Assembly (NCBI GenBank): GCA_044228265.1 | Contig: JBGAVC010000011.1 | Location: 816-64,815, forward strand | DNA length: 64,000 nucleotides | Source of the DNA: Pyrinomonadaceae bacterium | GTDB taxonomy: Bacteria > Acidobacteriota > Blastocatellia > Pyrinomonadales > Pyrinomonadaceae | Direction of reading: 5' to 3' | In this document: one piece after another, positions 18,058 through 30,078 of the stretch | Position numbering within the stretch: position 1 is the first letter of the stretch | Layout of the letters: each line of letters starts with the position of its first letter | Position numbers and translations under genes: made by a program | The notes under the pieces: model-generated | What the model saw: only the letters and a program-made list of their open reading frames with translations | Database searches by the model: none | What the model was told of the DNA's origin: nothing

Positions 18058-18140
18058 ACCGCAGAGACGCCGAGTCGCAGAGAAGGAAGATCGAGACAGG
18101 TCTTGCCTTGCATTTCTCTGCGTCTCCGCGTCTCAGCGGT
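18058..18140 (-). repeat. palindromic intergenic element with 8-nt periodic arms (CGCAGAGA family), accB-accC spacer
   Basis: Left arm ACCGCAGAGACGCCGAGTCGCAGAGAAGG; right arm CATTTCTCTGCGTCTCCGCGTCTCAGCGGT (about 25/29 complementary). A related copy lies at 23884-23958. Confidence 0.85.
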
Positions 18141-18145
18141 GAACC

Positions 18146-18709
18146 CTACTTTCGAACCCCAAAGAGCGGTTGCCCGTACTCGACCGGTTGGCCGTTCTCG
18201 ACGTAGATCTTGACAACCTCACCCGAAACCTCGGCCTGGATCTCGTTCATCAATTTCATGGCCTCGACAATACAAACCGTCGTTTCAGGCTTGACCGTGC
18301 TGCCTTCGGAAACATAAGGATCTTTGTCAGGGCCGGGCGAACGGTAGAATGTGCCCACTATCGGTGAAGTGATCTTGTGAAGGCCGGCGTCTGCTTCGAC
18401 AGGTGGCGCAGCGAGTTCTGCGGCGGGAGCGGACGCCGCGGCAGCCTGGGGCGCCACAGGAGCGTGCGCGGCCACCGGTAAACTCTGATAGGCCGGTGCA
18501 GCCATTTTGCTCAAGCGAACGCGGATATTCTCGTTTTCAAATTCGAAATCCGTGAACCCGTGCTCATCGACGAGCGATGCGAGGGCCTGAAGCTCGTCCA
18601 TATTGAACGACGGATCCGGTTTTTTCACGCTTTTTGCCGAGGATGGACGCTTTTTTTCGACCGTTTGACCGCTTTCTTTGGCCTTTGCCGATCCAGTGTT
18701 TTCGCTCAT
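18146..18709 (-). CDS. accB: acetyl-CoA carboxylase, biotin carboxyl carrier protein
   Basis: 187 aa. Ala/Pro-rich linker and a C-terminal biotinyl domain with EAMKLMNEI. Confidence 0.93.
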   Translation of the reverse strand: MSENTGSAKAKESGQTVEKKRPSSAKSVKKPDPSFNMDELQALASLVDEHGFTDFEFENENIRVRLSKMAAPAYQSLPVAAHAPVAPQAAAASAPAAELAAPPVEADAGLHKITSPIVGTFYRSPGPDKDPYVSEGSTVKPETTVCIVEAMKLMNEIQAEVSGEVVKIYVENGQPVEYGQPLFGVRK

Positions 18710-18727
18710 TTGCGACTCCCCTTAGAG

Positions 18728-19231
18728 CTAGCCTTTAGCGGCCGTTTCGCGCGCATTGTCAACGAGTTCGATGACTGCCATTTCTGCATTATCGCCGACC
18801 CGCCGCCCAAGTCTTATGATCCGGGTATATCCGCCGTTACGGTCTTTGTAACGCGCCCCGAGTTCATTAAAAAGCCGCTGCACCGCTTTGACGCCCGCGG
18901 TACGCTCTACGGTCTCTTTGGCCTCGCCTTTCTTTCCGCGAAACCGGCTTTGTTGGGCCTTGAAATTGCTGTTTCCCGCGTGGAAGAACCGAGCAGCCTG
19001 ACGTCGAAGATGTACCCGACGAAGTACGGTATCATCGCCGTCCAACTCTTGAGCCTTGCGGGCGAGCGTGATCGCCTTTTCGACAAAGGGACGGAGCTCT
19101 TTGGCCTTTGGGACCGTGGTCACGATGTGCTCTTTTTCCGAATTGACCAGCGAAGTCGCCAAATTGCGAAGCATCGACATCCGGTGCTCGGTCGTCCTTC
19201 CAAGTTTACGGTGTGCTTTTAAGTGTCTCAT
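18728..19231 (-). CDS. rplQ: 50S ribosomal protein L17
   Basis: [28 protein letters not shown]...; last gene of the alpha cluster. Confidence 0.95.
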   Translation of the reverse strand: MRHLKAHRKLGRTTEHRMSMLRNLATSLVNSEKEHIVTTVPKAKELRPFVEKAITLARKAQELDGDDTVLRRVHLRRQAARFFHAGNSNFKAQQSRFRGKKGEAKETVERTAGVKAVQRLFNELGARYKDRNGGYTRIIRLGRRVGDNAEMAVIELVDNARETAAKG

Positions 19232-19237
19232 AACAAC

Positions 19238-19286
19238 GGTGCTCAGTTGTCAGTGGCAAGTCGTCAGCAATTGACCACCGACCACT
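19238..19286 (-). repeat. intercistronic hairpin with 7-nt periodic arms (GTGGYCA/TGRCCAC-related), rpoA-rplQ spacer
   Basis: GGTGCTC AGTTGTC AGTGGCA AGTCGTC AG / CAATTGA CCACCGA CCACT. Confidence 0.7.
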
Positions 19287-19290
19287 CTTC

Positions 19291-20307
19291 TTAGTCTAGG
19301 TCTCTTCCTCCGGAACCGGGAATGGGATTGCCCTGTTCATCGAAATCCATCCCGAAATCCAGTCCCATGCCGTGAAGCATGTCCTTGATCTCGGTCAGCG
19401 ATTTCTTGCCGAAATTCTTTGTGCCGAGCATGTCTTTTTCGCTGCGGCGGATGAGGTCGCGGATCGAGCGAATGTCAGCGTTCTTTAGGCAGTTGTATGA
19501 CCTTACGGAAAGCTCGAGTTCGTCGACGGATTTATCCAGCAGATCATTGCGCATCAACGGCGGACGCGCAATGTCCTCGTACTTGTATTCTTCTTCCTCT
19601 TCTTCGAAGTTGATGAAGATGGTCATGTGGTCCTTGACCAGTTTGGCTGCCAAGCCGATCGAATCCTCGGGTTTCACCGATCCGTCGGTCCAAACCTCGA
19701 TCGTAAGCCGGTCAAACTCGGTGTTCGAACCCTGTCGCGTTTTATCGACCGTGTAGTTCACCTTCTTGATCGGCGTGTGGACCGAGTCGATCGGAATATA
19801 GCCGACCGAGAGGTCTTCGTCGTTGTTCAGTTCGGCCGAGACGTATCCGCGTCCTGATTTGAGCCGCATCTCAATATTGATCGAACCGCTCGCACTGACC
19901 GTTGCGATGTGGACCTCGGGGTCAAGCACCTCGACATCACCATCGGCAACAATGTCGCCGCTCATCACCTCACCCGCTCCCTTTTTACTGATCGATAGTG
20001 TCTTTGGCCCCGGGCCGTGAAGTTTGAACGGTATCTGCTTGAGGTTGAGGATAACGTCAGTTGCATCTTCGACGACGCCTTTTATGGAGGAGAATTCATG
20101 CTCGACGCCGTCGATCTTGACTGCGGTAATCGCAGCGCCCTCGATCGAGGACAGTAGGGCCCTCCGGATGGAGTTGCCGATAGTCGTCCCGAATCCTCTC
20201 TCAAATGGTGCGGCATAGAACTTACCGTAACGTTCCGACAAGGTCTCGTTCTCTACGTTCAGACGACCCGGCATCTGGAAATCTGTCCAATTATTGCTCT
20301 GTGTCAT
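19291..20307 (-). CDS. rpoA: DNA-directed RNA polymerase subunit alpha
   Basis: 338 aa. N-terminal domain ([28 protein letters not shown]) and C-terminal domain ([22 protein letters not shown]). Confidence 0.97.
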   Translation of the reverse strand: MTQSNNWTDFQMPGRLNVENETLSERYGKFYAAPFERGFGTTIGNSIRRALLSSIEGAAITAVKIDGVEHEFSSIKGVVEDATDVILNLKQIPFKLHGPGPKTLSISKKGAGEVMSGDIVADGDVEVLDPEVHIATVSASGSINIEMRLKSGRGYVSAELNNDEDLSVGYIPIDSVHTPIKKVNYTVDKTRQGSNTEFDRLTIEVWTDGSVKPEDSIGLAAKLVKDHMTIFINFEEEEEEYKYEDIARPPLMRNDLLDKSVDELELSVRSYNCLKNADIRSIRDLIRRSEKDMLGTKNFGKKSLTEIKDMLHGMGLDFGMDFDEQGNPIPGSGGRDLD

Positions 20308-20328
20308 AAATTTATACGTTCAAATGAG

Positions 20329-20391
20329 AGTTTAGAGCCCAACGGGTTTAGAGGTGCAGTCGATCTGCAACGAAACCCGATGAACTCTAAA
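20329..20391 (-). repeat. long imperfect intercistronic hairpin with repeated GTTTAGAG units, rpsD-rpoA spacer
   Basis: GTTTAGAGCCCAACGGGTTTAGAGGTGCAG-TCGAT-CTGCAACGAAACCCGATGAACTCTAAAC. Confidence 0.8.
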
Positions 20392-20402
20392 CGACAGGCT
20401 GA

Positions 20403-21035
20403 CTACTTGCTGTAAAGCTCAACAATAAGCTGCTCGTTAATGTTAGCGTCGATGTCCTCGCGCCGAGGGCTGCCCGATACCGAAATACTGTATTCCTGTG
20501 CACCCGCGCTAAGCCACGAAGGACGGCCTCGGCCGACCGCCGTCTGCCATGCGCCTTCCACATGCGGATTCTTCTGGCTGCGGTCCTTGACCGTCACGAC
20601 GTCGCCCGTCTTGACCTGGAACGAAGGAATATTGACCTTGCGGCCGTTCACGGTAATGTGCCCGTGATTGACAAGCTGTCGGGCCTGGCGCCGCGAAGTC
20701 GAGAATCCAGAGCGATAGACAACATTGTCCAGTCGCCGCTCAAGCATAAACAAAAGGTTCTCGCCGGTGACACCCTTCTGCCGGAGAGCCTTTTCGAAAT
20801 AGTTACGAAATTGCTTTTCCAGAATGAAGTAAATGCGCTTTACCTTCTGTTTCTCGCGAAGCTGCTCGCCATAACCTTGGAGCATCTTTCGTCGCGCTGC
20901 TCCGTGCTGGCCGGGAGGATTGGTCCCCCGTTTTTCGATCGCACATGAGGGCTTGTAACACCTGTCGCCCTTCAAAAATAACTTTCCGCCTTCGCGGCGG
21001 CACAATCGGCACACCGCATCTCTGTATCTAGCCAT
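20403..21035 (-). CDS. rpsD: 30S ribosomal protein S4
   Basis: [31 protein letters not shown]... (Cys-cluster form) with an S4 RNA-binding domain. Confidence 0.95.
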   Translation of the reverse strand: MARYRDAVCRLCRREGGKLFLKGDRCYKPSCAIEKRGTNPPGQHGAARRKMLQGYGEQLREKQKVKRIYFILEKQFRNYFEKALRQKGVTGENLLFMLERRLDNVVYRSGFSTSRRQARQLVNHGHITVNGRKVNIPSFQVKTGDVVTVKDRSQKNPHVEGAWQTAVGRGRPSWLSAGAQEYSISVSGSPRREDIDANINEQLIVELYSK

Positions 21036-21140
21036 ATTTTATTTTCCTGCCTCCGCGTTTTAAGCGGAAAAGTTTACAAGCCGATGGCTCTTCTTCCTTT
21101 CGATAATTCCTTTCCGTCTCAAAAATTTACATTTGAGATC

Positions 21141-21539
21141 TCAGACCCTTCTGCGTTTCGGCGGCCGGCAGCCGTTGTGCGGGATGGGCGTGACGTCGCG
21201 GATAGCCGTCACGCGAATGCCCGCCTGACTTACCGCTCTTATGGCCGATTCCCTGCCCCCACCGGGCCCTTTCACACGAACCTCTACCTCGCGCATGCCC
21301 GCCTCGACCGCCTTGCGCGCAACCTCCGAGGCGGCCTGCTGGGCCGCAAACGGAGTTCCTTTTCGCGAACCGCGAAAGCCGCGGGCTCCGGAAGAGGATT
21401 GGGCGACGAGATTACCGTTAGCGTCGGTGATCGAGATCAACGTATTATTGAAGGACGCAGCGATATGAACGATCCCGACGGGAATGTTCTTTCGCTCTTT
21501 CTTCTTGAAGGTCTTCTTTTTAGCTGCTGCTTTTGCCAT
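21141..21539 (-). CDS. rpsK: 30S ribosomal protein S11
   Basis: ...[22 protein letters not shown]...[11 protein letters not shown]... Confidence 0.95.
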   Translation of the reverse strand: MAKAAAKKKTFKKKERKNIPVGIVHIAASFNNTLISITDANGNLVAQSSSGARGFRGSRKGTPFAAQQAASEVARKAVEAGMREVEVRVKGPGGGRESAIRAVSQAGIRVTAIRDVTPIPHNGCRPPKRRRV

Positions 21540-21546
21540 TTGATTC

Positions 21547-21616
21547 TGTCATCGGCGGTCAATGGCCGGCGACCAGCGTCAGGAAGTCCTGATCACTGAC
21601 CACTGGCCACAGGCCG
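21547..21616 (-). repeat. intercistronic hairpin with 7-nt periodic arms (GTGGYCA/TGRCCAC family), rpsM-rpsK spacer
   Basis: GTCATCG GCGGTCA ATGGCCG GCGACCA GCGTCAGG ... CCTGATCA CTGACCA CTGGCCA CAGGCCGC. The right arm ends at the rpsM stop codon. Confidence 0.75.
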
Positions 21617-22000
21617 CTATTTCTTCCCTGGAGCCTTCTTCTTGGCGACGGCCGCTTTACGCGGGCCCTTTCGCGTTCGGGCATTTGTGCTTGTCCTCTG
21701 ACCGCGAACCGGCAGACTGCGGCGATGACGGAGCCCGCGGTAGCATCCGATGTCCATCAAGCGCTTGATGTCCATCTGAACACGCTTGCGGAGATCGCCC
21801 TCGATCTCACCGTCAGTGTCCAAGATGGCACGGATCTTATTCAGTTCGTCTTCGTTCAGGTCACGGATCTTGGTATCGTTGCTGATCCCGGCACGTTCGA
21901 GTATCGAAGCGGCGCGTGACCTGCCTACACCGTAAATATAGGTCATCCCGATCTGTGCCCTCTTGTTGGGCGGTAAATCTACTCCTGCAATACGAGCCAT
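21617..22000 (-). CDS. rpsM: 30S ribosomal protein S13
   Basis: [30 protein letters not shown]... Confidence 0.95.
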   Translation of the reverse strand: MARIAGVDLPPNKRAQIGMTYIYGVGRSRAASILERAGISNDTKIRDLNEDELNKIRAILDTDGEIEGDLRKRVQMDIKRLMDIGCYRGLRHRRSLPVRGQRTSTNARTRKGPRKAAVAKKKAPGKK

Positions 22001-22009
22001 AACTGTCTA

Positions 22010-22123
22010 TTATCCCTGCCTCTGTTTATGCTTAGGGTTATCGCAAATGACGCGCACGACGCCTTTGCGGTGTATGATCTTGCACTTGTCGCAGATCTTC
22101 TTTACTGACGGTCGAACTTTCAT
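22010..22123 (-). CDS. rpmJ: 50S ribosomal protein L36
   Basis: Not in the supplied track (below its length cut-off). Minus-strand translation [37 protein letters not shown] (37 aa). Confidence 0.92.
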   Translation of the reverse strand: MKVRPSVKKICDKCKIIHRKGVVRVICDNPKHKQRQG

Positions 22124-22137
22124 GATGTCTCACCTGC

Positions 22138-22359
22138 CTATTTGTAGCGATAAGTTATCCGTCCCCGCTTCAGGTCATAAGGCGACAGTTCCACAAGAAC
22201 CTTGTCGCCGGGCAGGATGCGAATGAAATTCTTCCGCATTTTGCCGGATATGTGAGCCAGGACCTCGTGCTGGTTGTCGTCGACTTCTACTTTGAACATC
22301 GCGTTCGGCAAAGTCTCCAACACGGTCGCCATGACCTCGATCGCTTCTTCCTTAGACAT
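22138..22359 (-). CDS. infA: translation initiation factor IF-1
   Basis: [73 protein letters not shown]. Confidence 0.96.
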   Translation of the reverse strand: MSKEEAIEVMATVLETLPNAMFKVEVDDNQHEVLAHISGKMRKNFIRILPGDKVLVELSPYDLKRGRITYRYK

Positions 22360-22370
22360 ACCTCCATTGC

Positions 22371-22390
22371 CTAACCAAAGGATTGGTTAG
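22371..22390 (-). promoter_or_regulatory. perfect 8-bp hairpin just 5' of the infA Shine-Dalgarno
   Basis: CTAACCAA-AGGA-TTGGTTAG. On the minus strand it is followed by GCAATGGAGGT-ATG. Confidence 0.5.
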
Positions 22391-22431
22391 ACAAACCATC
22401 AATGTTACCCCGTTCCGCTGCATTTTTCAAG

Positions 22432-23217
22432 TCAAGCCGCAGCGGCCGTTGCAAGCTCACGCTTCTGTGCCTTTGTCAGCGTAAGTATCTCCGGTCCATC
22501 GGCGGTAACAGCCAGCGTGTGCTCGGCATGAGCAGACGGCTTGCCGTCCAGCGTAACTACGGTCCATTTATCGCTGAGCGTCCGCGTTTCGTGCGTTCCC
22601 AGATTGAGCATGGGCTCGATCGCAAAGCAATAACCAACACGGATCTTTTCACGTGTTCCCGCCCGGCCGTAGTTCGGTATCTGCGGAGCCTCGTGCATCT
22701 GCCGGCCTATGCCGTGTCCGGTATAGTCGCGAACTATGCCGTAGCCAAACTTTTCGGCGTGTTGCTGCACCGCGAACCCGATATCCCCGACACGGTTGTT
22801 AGCCCTTGCGGCCTGGATCCCGAGTTCAAGGCACTCCTCGGTGACGCGGATCAACTGCTTCAATTCGTCTGCTATCTCGCCAACCGGCAGCGTCATCGCG
22901 GTGTCGCCGACAAATCCCTGATAAGTCGCGGCCATATCAAGCGAAACAATGTCGCCCTCGACGAGCGGCGTCTCCTTTGAGAACCCATGGACGATCTCCT
23001 CATTGACCGAAGCGCAGATCGCGTACGGAAAACCGTGATAGCCGATAAAGGTCGGGATCGCTCCCGCATCCCGCATCATTTTCTCGGCCGCCCTGTTGAG
23101 CTCCATCGTTGAAACGCCCGGCCGGACCATCGTCCTAAGAGATTCTCGCACCTCGGCGATCAGCTCACCGACGGCACGCATCTTATCGAGGTCTTTTGCT
23201 GATTTCGCAAATATCAT
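22432..23217 (-). CDS. map: type I methionine aminopeptidase
   Basis: 261 aa. Metal-ligand pattern (VSLDMAATYQGFVGDTA; GHGIGRQMHE; FAIEPM; EHT). Confidence 0.95.
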   Translation of the reverse strand: MIFAKSAKDLDKMRAVGELIAEVRESLRTMVRPGVSTMELNRAAEKMMRDAGAIPTFIGYHGFPYAICASVNEEIVHGFSKETPLVEGDIVSLDMAATYQGFVGDTAMTLPVGEIADELKQLIRVTEECLELGIQAARANNRVGDIGFAVQQHAEKFGYGIVRDYTGHGIGRQMHEAPQIPNYGRAGTREKIRVGYCFAIEPMLNLGTHETRTLSDKWTVVTLDGKPSAHAEHTLAVTADGPEILTLTKAQKRELATAAAA

Positions 23218-23232
23218 CGACGCTCCGCAAGA

Positions 23233-23877
23233 CTATATCAATGAATCCACTTGACGATAGATGTCCTCGATCTCACCCGTACCGTCCACCTTTTTCAAGC
23301 GACCGGAACTCTCGTAAAACTCGAGCAGCGGCTTGGTCAACTCATCGTAGGTTTCAAGGCGGACCATGACCTTGTCTTCCGAATCGTCAGCACGATGTTC
23401 GAGTACGGCGTCCGGGTGAATGTCGCAGCGTCCATCGGCCTTCGGGGGCTTGGAGTAGATATTAAAGATCTCGCCGCATACAGGACACGAACGGCGTCCC
23501 GTAAGTCGCTTCAACAATTCATCCCTGGGAACATCGATCTCGACGGCCTGGATCGACTTGCCCTGTTCTCGAGCAAGATCCTCGAGCTGCCCGGCCTGGA
23601 CAGCCGTCCGCGGATATCCGTCCAGAATGTATGAACCGGACGCATCCGGCTTTGATGTTCGCTCCTTAACAATACGAAAAGTGATGTCGTCTGAAATGAG
23701 CTTTCCCGACGCCATGATCGCCTGTACCTCGCGAGCGAGCGGCGTGTCGGCGTTCTTCATTTCGCGGAACATATCACCCGTCGAGATCTGCGGGATCCCG
23801 CGTCTCTCTTGAAGCAGCCGGGCCTGCGTCCCTTTGCCGGCTCCCGGCGCCCCGATCAATACTACGATCTTGTCCAT
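23233..23877 (-). CDS. adk: adenylate kinase (zinc-lid type)
   Basis: P-loop GAPGAGKGTQ; lid CPVCGEIF...DGRCD. Confidence 0.96.
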   Translation of the reverse strand: MDKIVVLIGAPGAGKGTQARLLQERRGIPQISTGDMFREMKNADTPLAREVQAIMASGKLISDDITFRIVKERTSKPDASGSYILDGYPRTAVQAGQLEDLAREQGKSIQAVEIDVPRDELLKRLTGRRSCPVCGEIFNIYSKPPKADGRCDIHPDAVLEHRADDSEDKVMVRLETYDELTKPLLEFYESSGRLKKVDGTGEIEDIYRQVDSLI

Positions 23878-23883
23878 ATCTCT

Positions 23884-23958
23884 AACCGCAAAGACGCCGA
23901 GACGCAGAGTGAAGAAATATCAACTGATATTTCTCGGCGCCTCCGCGTCTCTGCGGTT
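23884..23958 (-). repeat. palindromic intergenic element, CGCAGAGA family, secY-adk spacer
   Basis: AACCGCAAAGACGCCGAGACGCAGAGTGAAGAAATATCA ... TGATATTTCTCGGCGCCTCCGCGTCTCTGCGGTT. It shares termini AACCGCAGAGACGC / GCGTCTCTGCGGT with 18058-18140. Confidence 0.85.
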
Positions 23959-23967
23959 CAGATCCGA

Positions 23968-25386
<1,419 letters not shown>

Positions 25387-25457
25387 AAGTTCCTCTCAAC
25401 GTTCAGGTGCTGACGATAGGACTGTCCGACAAGGGGGACGCTCGAAAGAGCGGGCCA

Positions 25458-25931
25458 TTAGGCCGCTGCTGCATCCGCTTTCACGATCTGCGTCGCGGTG
25501 CCGCCGGCTTTTTCGATCTTTTCCTTCGCGGTCTTGGTGAACCTGTGCGCCGATATCTTGAAAGATTTGGTCACGTCCCCGTTGCCAAGGATAACGAGGT
25601 CGTGTTTCGCCTTTTTGATCAGCCCGCGTTCGTGGAGTATCTCAGGCGTGATCTCGTCTCCGGCCTTAAAACTCTCCTCGATCTTGGCAATGCTGATCTC
25701 AAGCCACTGCTTCTTAAATATGTTGGTGAATCCGCGTTTCGGCAAGCGACGCTGAAGCGGCATCTGACCGCCCTCGAATCCGGGACGGCTGCTGTATCCA
25801 GAACGCGACTTCTGTCCTTTATGGCCGCGGCCGGCAGTTTTGCCGAGTCCTGAACCGGGACCGCGTCCGACACGCTTCTTTTTGTGCGTCGAGCCGGGAG
25901 CCGGGTGTAAGTTATTCAGTGATAATGCCAT
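25458..25931 (-). CDS. rplO: 50S ribosomal protein L15
   Basis: 157 aa from ATG 25931: [40 protein letters not shown]. The track ORF's 28-codon extension is rejected. Confidence 0.93.
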   Translation of the reverse strand: MALSLNNLHPAPGSTHKKKRVGRGPGSGLGKTAGRGHKGQKSRSGYSSRPGFEGGQMPLQRRLPKRGFTNIFKKQWLEISIAKIEESFKAGDEITPEILHERGLIKKAKHDLVILGNGDVTKSFKISAHRFTKTAKEKIEKAGGTATQIVKADAAAA

Positions 25932-26007
25932 CTTTTTTCCTCTCAGATCGCAGTAAAAAATCAAGTCGATGCTCGGGCGAGTACCCTTTGAATACCACCC
26001 AGGCCGA

Positions 26008-26211
26008 TCAGTCAACGATCCTCAATAGATGCGGCACTTTCGCGACAATACCACGCGTAGCCGCGGAATCCGTCCGCTCGATCGTCTGATTAAGCTTTGT
26101 GATCCCAAGGCTCTTGATGATCTCCTTCTGCTTCTTGGAATACCCGATCATGCTCCGGTAGTACTGGATCCTGATCTTTCCGCCCTCGTTATTCTCTGCT
26201 TTCTTTGCCAT
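26008..26211 (-). CDS. rpmD: 50S ribosomal protein L30
   Basis: ...[52 protein letters not shown]. Confidence 0.9.
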   Translation of the reverse strand: MAKKAENNEGGKIRIQYYRSMIGYSKKQKEIIKSLGITKLNQTIERTDSAATRGIVAKVPHLLRIVD

Positions 26212-26215
26212 TTTC

Positions 26216-26725
26216 TTAAATAAGCTCGTCGACCTGCTTGCCTCGCAGACGTGCGACCTCGATCGGGTCCTTCATCCTCAACAATCCGTTGAATGTCGCC
26301 CGAATGACGTTATGTGCGTTGTTGGATCCGAGGATCTTCGTTCGTACGTTATGAACACCGAGACTCTGAAGCACCGCCCGGACGGCACCGCCGGCGATGA
26401 CGCCGGTTCCCTCTTTAGCGGGTTTGAGCAGAACCCGCCCGGCACCATAAACGCCGATCAGTTCGTGCGGCAGAGTGCCCTCGATAAGCGGAACGCGGAT
26501 CAAGTTGTTTTTGGCCGCTTCGACAGCCTTCTTGATCGCGTTCGGCACCTCTTTTGCCTTGCCGGTACCAAAGCCTACGTGGCCGGCTTCGTCGCCTACA
26601 ACGACCAGCGCCGCGAACGACATGTTCTTGCCGCCTTTTACGACCTTGGTGACACGGTTGATCGAGATCAACTGGTCCTTGAGCAGCAACCCGCCCGGTG
26701 AGATCCTTTGTTTATTCTTCGTCAT
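26216..26725 (-). CDS. rpsE: 30S ribosomal protein S5
   Basis: ...[27 protein letters not shown]... Confidence 0.95.
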   Translation of the reverse strand: MTKNKQRISPGGLLLKDQLISINRVTKVVKGGKNMSFAALVVVGDEAGHVGFGTGKAKEVPNAIKKAVEAAKNNLIRVPLIEGTLPHELIGVYGAGRVLLKPAKEGTGVIAGGAVRAVLQSLGVHNVRTKILGSNNAHNVIRATFNGLLRMKDPIEVARLRGKQVDELI

Positions 26726-27119
26726 TGCTCTTTTCGTTTGATTCCTTTACCGCTGCTTCGTGCTTGTTCAATCCGGCCTCTCGTGTCGCATCGATCAGGG
26801 CCTTGACGCGCCCGTGATATACGTAACCGCCGCGATCGAAAATAACGCTCGATATCCCGGCCTTCTGCGCACGTTCGGCAATGGCCTTGCCAACAGTGCG
26901 GGCCGCTTCGACATTACCGCCCGTTTTTCCGGCCAACGCCTTTTCCGTCGTCGAGGCCGTTGCCAGCGTAGTTCCGGTCCTGTCGTCGATGACCTGAGCG
27001 TAAATGTGGTTCAGGCTTCGAAAGACCGCAAGCCTGGGCCTCTCGGCCGTGCCGCGAACTTTCTTACGGATGCGGCTGTGAACTCCCGCTCGTATGTCTG
27101 CTCTGCTTTTCTGTGCCAT
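26712..27119 (-). CDS. rplR: 50S ribosomal protein L18
   Basis: ...[31 protein letters not shown]... Overlaps the rpsE start by 14 nt. Confidence 0.94.
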   Translation of the reverse strand: MAQKSRADIRAGVHSRIRKKVRGTAERPRLAVFRSLNHIYAQVIDDRTGTTLATASTTEKALAGKTGGNVEAARTVGKAIAERAQKAGISSVIFDRGGYVYHGRVKALIDATREAGLNKHEAAVKESNEKSNDEE

Positions 27120-27126
27120 AAACTTA

Positions 27127-27187
27127 GTTTCTTGTTTCCAGTTCCATCGTCGCGCCCACGAAACACGGAACGCGAAAACCAGGAACC
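27127..27187 (-). repeat. intercistronic hairpin with 7-nt periodic arms (GTTTCNN / GGAAAC family), rplF-rplR spacer
   Basis: GTTTCTT GTTTCCA GTTCCAT ... CACGAAA CACGGAA CGCGAAA ACCAGGAACC. Confidence 0.7.
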
Positions 27188-27192
27188 CGGAC

Positions 27193-27753
27193 CTATTTAC
27201 CTGTCTTGCCCGGCTTCAGCTTGTAATACTTATCCGAGTATCGGACGCCTTTGCCCTTGTACGCATCTGGCTTTCGCAGCCGGTTCAGTTCCGCTGCGAC
27301 CTGCCCGAGAAGCTGTTTGTCGATGCCGCTCAGCGTGATCGTCGTCTGATACTGATTGATCGATGTTTTGGTATTTATCCTCTCGGCCTTGGCTTCGATA
27401 CCGTCCGGCAACGCGTACTCGACCGGGTGCGAATAACCAAGAGCGAAAACAAGCTTTTTGCCCTGAACTTCCGCCTTGTAACCCACACCAACGATGTCGA
27501 GGTCTTTTTTGAAGCCCTCTGTCACGCCAACGACGGCATTGTTCGCAAGTGCTCTTGCCAGGCCGTGAAACGCGGCGAGATCGTCACCTGCGCGTTCCGC
27601 CACGAGGCTGCCGTCTTCCTGTTTGAAGGTGACTCCCGCCGGAATAGGCGTTTTTAGCGTGCCCTTTGGGCCTTTTACTTCCAGCTCTTGGTTGCCGACG
27701 GTAACGGTCACACCGGAAGGAATGCTGATCGGTTTTTTACCAACTCTAGACAT
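27193..27753 (-). CDS. rplF: 50S ribosomal protein L6
   Basis: 186 aa from ATG 27753: [31 protein letters not shown]. Confidence 0.94.
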   Translation of the reverse strand: MSRVGKKPISIPSGVTVTVGNQELEVKGPKGTLKTPIPAGVTFKQEDGSLVAERAGDDLAAFHGLARALANNAVVGVTEGFKKDLDIVGVGYKAEVQGKKLVFALGYSHPVEYALPDGIEAKAERINTKTSINQYQTTITLSGIDKQLLGQVAAELNRLRKPDAYKGKGVRYSDKYYKLKPGKTGK

Positions 27754-27794
27754 AACTTTTATGGACCGGCTTACGAGAGCCAAATCCCTCATCC

Positions 27795-28187
27795 TTAATA
27801 TACTTCTGCAAGTATCTCGCCACCGACATTTTCCTTTCGTGCCCGCTTTCCGCTCATTAGCCCTTTGGAGGTCGAAACGATGTTTACGCCGTAACCGCCA
27901 AGCACGCGAGGTATTTCGCCGGAGCCGACATAGACGCGGCGGCCCGGTCGCGAAACTCGCGACAGGTGCGTGATCGACGAAACGCCCTTAGCATCGTACC
28001 TAAGAAAGACGCGGATCATGTACTTGACGCCTTCGCCTTTGGTCGAGAAATTATTAATGTAACCCTCTTCCTTTAGGATCCGCGCAACTTCTAGCTTTAA
28101 CTTTGAGCCCGGAATATCGACGCGTGTATGATTCGCTGCTATCGCATTGCGTATCCGCGTGAGCATATCGGCTATTGGATCTGTCAT
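27795..28187 (-). CDS. rpsH: 30S ribosomal protein S8
   Basis: [31 protein letters not shown]... Confidence 0.95.
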   Translation of the reverse strand: MTDPIADMLTRIRNAIAANHTRVDIPGSKLKLEVARILKEEGYINNFSTKGEGVKYMIRVFLRYDAKGVSSITHLSRVSRPGRRVYVGSGEIPRVLGGYGVNIVSTSKGLMSGKRARKENVGGEILAEVY

Positions 28188-28221
28188 CTCTTCTAATTAA
28201 CTCCGTCTAAACTCTTGAATC

Positions 28222-28269
28222 CGGATCTTCGGCTTACAGTCCAAGATCCGCGATCTATTCTCGCGATCT
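28222..28269 (-). repeat. intercistronic hairpin plus direct CGCGATCT repeats, rpsN-rpsH spacer
   Basis: CGGATCTT-(13 nt)-AAGATCCG is a perfect 8-bp stem. CGCGATCT occurs at 28249-56 and 28262-69. Confidence 0.7.
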
Positions 28270-28271
28270 AA

Positions 28272-28577
28272 TTACCAACTCGACTTGGTGACTCCCGGTA
28301 TCTGGCCTTCAAGGGCCAACTCTCGCAGAGCGATCCTCGAGACGCCAAACTTCCTCAAGTAACCTCTCGACCGTCCCGTTTGCGAGCAGCGATTACGCAC
28401 CCTGATGGGACTGCCGTCGCGGGGCATCTTCTGGAGCCGAATTACCGCAGCGTCGACCTCTTCGGGTGTCGATCGCGGGTTATTGACGATCTTTTTGGCT
28501 TCAGCACGGCGCGCGGCCCACAATTTGACCTTGTCCTTACGCCGATCGTTCATGACTATCTTGCTTATCTTTGCCAT
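28272..28577 (-). CDS. rpsN: 30S ribosomal protein S14 (long, non-zinc form)
   Basis: 101 aa, ending ...[41 protein letters not shown]. Confidence 0.93.
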   Translation of the reverse strand: MAKISKIVMNDRRKDKVKLWAARRAEAKKIVNNPRSTPEEVDAAVIRLQKMPRDGSPIRVRNRCSQTGRSRGYLRKFGVSRIALRELALEGQIPGVTKSSW

Positions 28578-28593
28578 TTCTTTCTGGTCTTCC

Positions 28594-29133
28594 CTATTGC
28601 CTGAAGGGCATTCCGAGCGCTTTCAAAAGCGATCGGGCTTGCTCGTCGTTGCCTGCCGTTGTGACGATGGAGATGTTCATTCCCCGCGTCTTGTCGACCT
28701 TGTTAAAATCGATCTCCGGAAAAATGAGCTGCTCGCGAACACCAAGCGTATAGTTGCCGCGACCGTCAAAGGCCTTTGCCGAGATGCCACGGAAATCACG
28801 CACACGCGGCAAAGCGACCGAGATCAGGCGATCGAGAAACTCATACATACGCTCGCCTCTAAGCGTGACCATCGTTCCGATGCTCATTCCCTGACGAAGC
28901 TTGAACGCCGCGATCGACTTCTTCGCTTTTGTGATCACAGGCTTCTGACCTGTGACCGATCTTAGCTCTTCCGTCGCGACCTCGAGGATCTTAGCGTTCG
29001 CGCTTGCCTCACCAAGCCCCATATTGACGACGATCTTCTCGATCTTCGGTATCGCCATGGGATTCGAGATCTCGAATTCCTTTGCTAATGCGGGTGCTAC
29101 CTCGCTTTTATACTTGTCTCTTAATCTGGCCAT
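28594..29133 (-). CDS. rplE: 50S ribosomal protein L5
   Basis: 179 aa from ATG 29133: [20 protein letters not shown]... The TTG five codons upstream is rejected. Confidence 0.94.
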   Translation of the reverse strand: MARLRDKYKSEVAPALAKEFEISNPMAIPKIEKIVVNMGLGEASANAKILEVATEELRSVTGQKPVITKAKKSIAAFKLRQGMSIGTMVTLRGERMYEFLDRLISVALPRVRDFRGISAKAFDGRGNYTLGVREQLIFPEIDFNKVDKTRGMNISIVTTAGNDEQARSLLKALGMPFRQ

Positions 29134-29195
29134 TTTCGACCTCTCCAATTATCGGCTTGGGTATCGTCCTGTTGACGTTTCCAAGCCACAAAAAC

Positions 29196-29627
29196 TTATT
29201 TACTCTCTGCCGGCTCTTCGTCTTCTACCTTTTTCTTCGGCTCTTTCTTATAGGCCCCGGATTCCGGTATCACCTTGCCGCTTTTGGCGACGCGTACCTT
29301 GTTCCCGTCACGGATCTCATACTTGACGCGCGTAGGCTTGCCCGTCTCGGGGTCGACCAGAGCCACGTTGGATACGTTCACCCAAGCTTCCTGCTCAACG
29401 ATCCCGCCTTCTCGATTTAGTTGTGGTACCGGTTTGCGGTGACGCTTGACGATCATCGCTCCCTCGACCTTGACCTTACCGCTGCGGGCGTCCACCGCGA
29501 GCACCTTGCCGCGATACGGCTGGCGTTTACCGGCGGAATCGTAGCGGTTGTATTCCTTGCCGGCGATAAACACGACCTGGTCACCCCGTTTTATTCGGCT
29601 TCTAACTGTTCCTTTTCCCGTTTTCAT
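29196..29627 (-). CDS. rplX: 50S ribosomal protein L24
   Basis: KOW motif IKRGDQVVFIAGKE. The C-terminal tail is Lys/Glu-rich. Confidence 0.9.
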   Translation of the reverse strand: MKTGKGTVRSRIKRGDQVVFIAGKEYNRYDSAGKRQPYRGKVLAVDARSGKVKVEGAMIVKRHRKPVPQLNREGGIVEQEAWVNVSNVALVDPETGKPTRVKYEIRDGNKVRVAKSGKVIPESGAYKKEPKKKVEDEEPAESK

Positions 29628-29630
29628 CTG

Positions 29631-29999
29631 CTATATAACCTCCGGAGCGAGGCTGACGATCTTCATGAAGTTCTTTTCACGCAATTCCCTCGCGACAGGC
29701 CCGAAAACTCGTGTTCCGATCGGCGAACCATCATCCTTGATGAGGACGGCAGCGTTCTCATCAAATCGGATATAGGTGCCGTCACGGCGCCTTACTTCCT
29801 TTCGCGTGCGGACGATAACGGCGTTATAGACCTTACCTTTTTTCGCTGTACCGTCGGGAGATGCTTCTTTTACGGTGACCTTGATAGTGTCTCCGAGCCG
29901 CGCGATCTTACCCGTCGAACCACCGACCGGCATTATCATTTCCACACGTTTGGCTCCCGAATTGTCCGCGACCGCCAACGAGGTCTGCATCTGAATCAT
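29631..29999 (-). CDS. rplN: 50S ribosomal protein L14
   Basis: [22 protein letters not shown]... Confidence 0.96.
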   Translation of the reverse strand: MIQMQTSLAVADNSGAKRVEMIMPVGGSTGKIARLGDTIKVTVKEASPDGTAKKGKVYNAVIVRTRKEVRRRDGTYIRFDENAAVLIKDDGSPIGTRVFGPVARELREKNFMKIVSLAPEVI

Positions 30000-30013
30000 A
30001 AAATCACCTCAAC

Positions 30014-30078
30014 CTGATCGTTGATGGTTGCCGGTCGATCGTCGCACGATTTCAACGATCAACGGTCCACGATCAACC
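30014..30078 (-). repeat. intercistronic hairpin with 7-nt periodic arms (GATCGTT/AACGATC family), rpsQ-rplN spacer
   Basis: CTGATCG TTGATGG TTGCCGG TCGATCG TCG ... CGATTTCAA CGATCAA CGGTCCA CGATCAA CC. The right arm touches the rpsQ stop codon. Confidence 0.7.
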
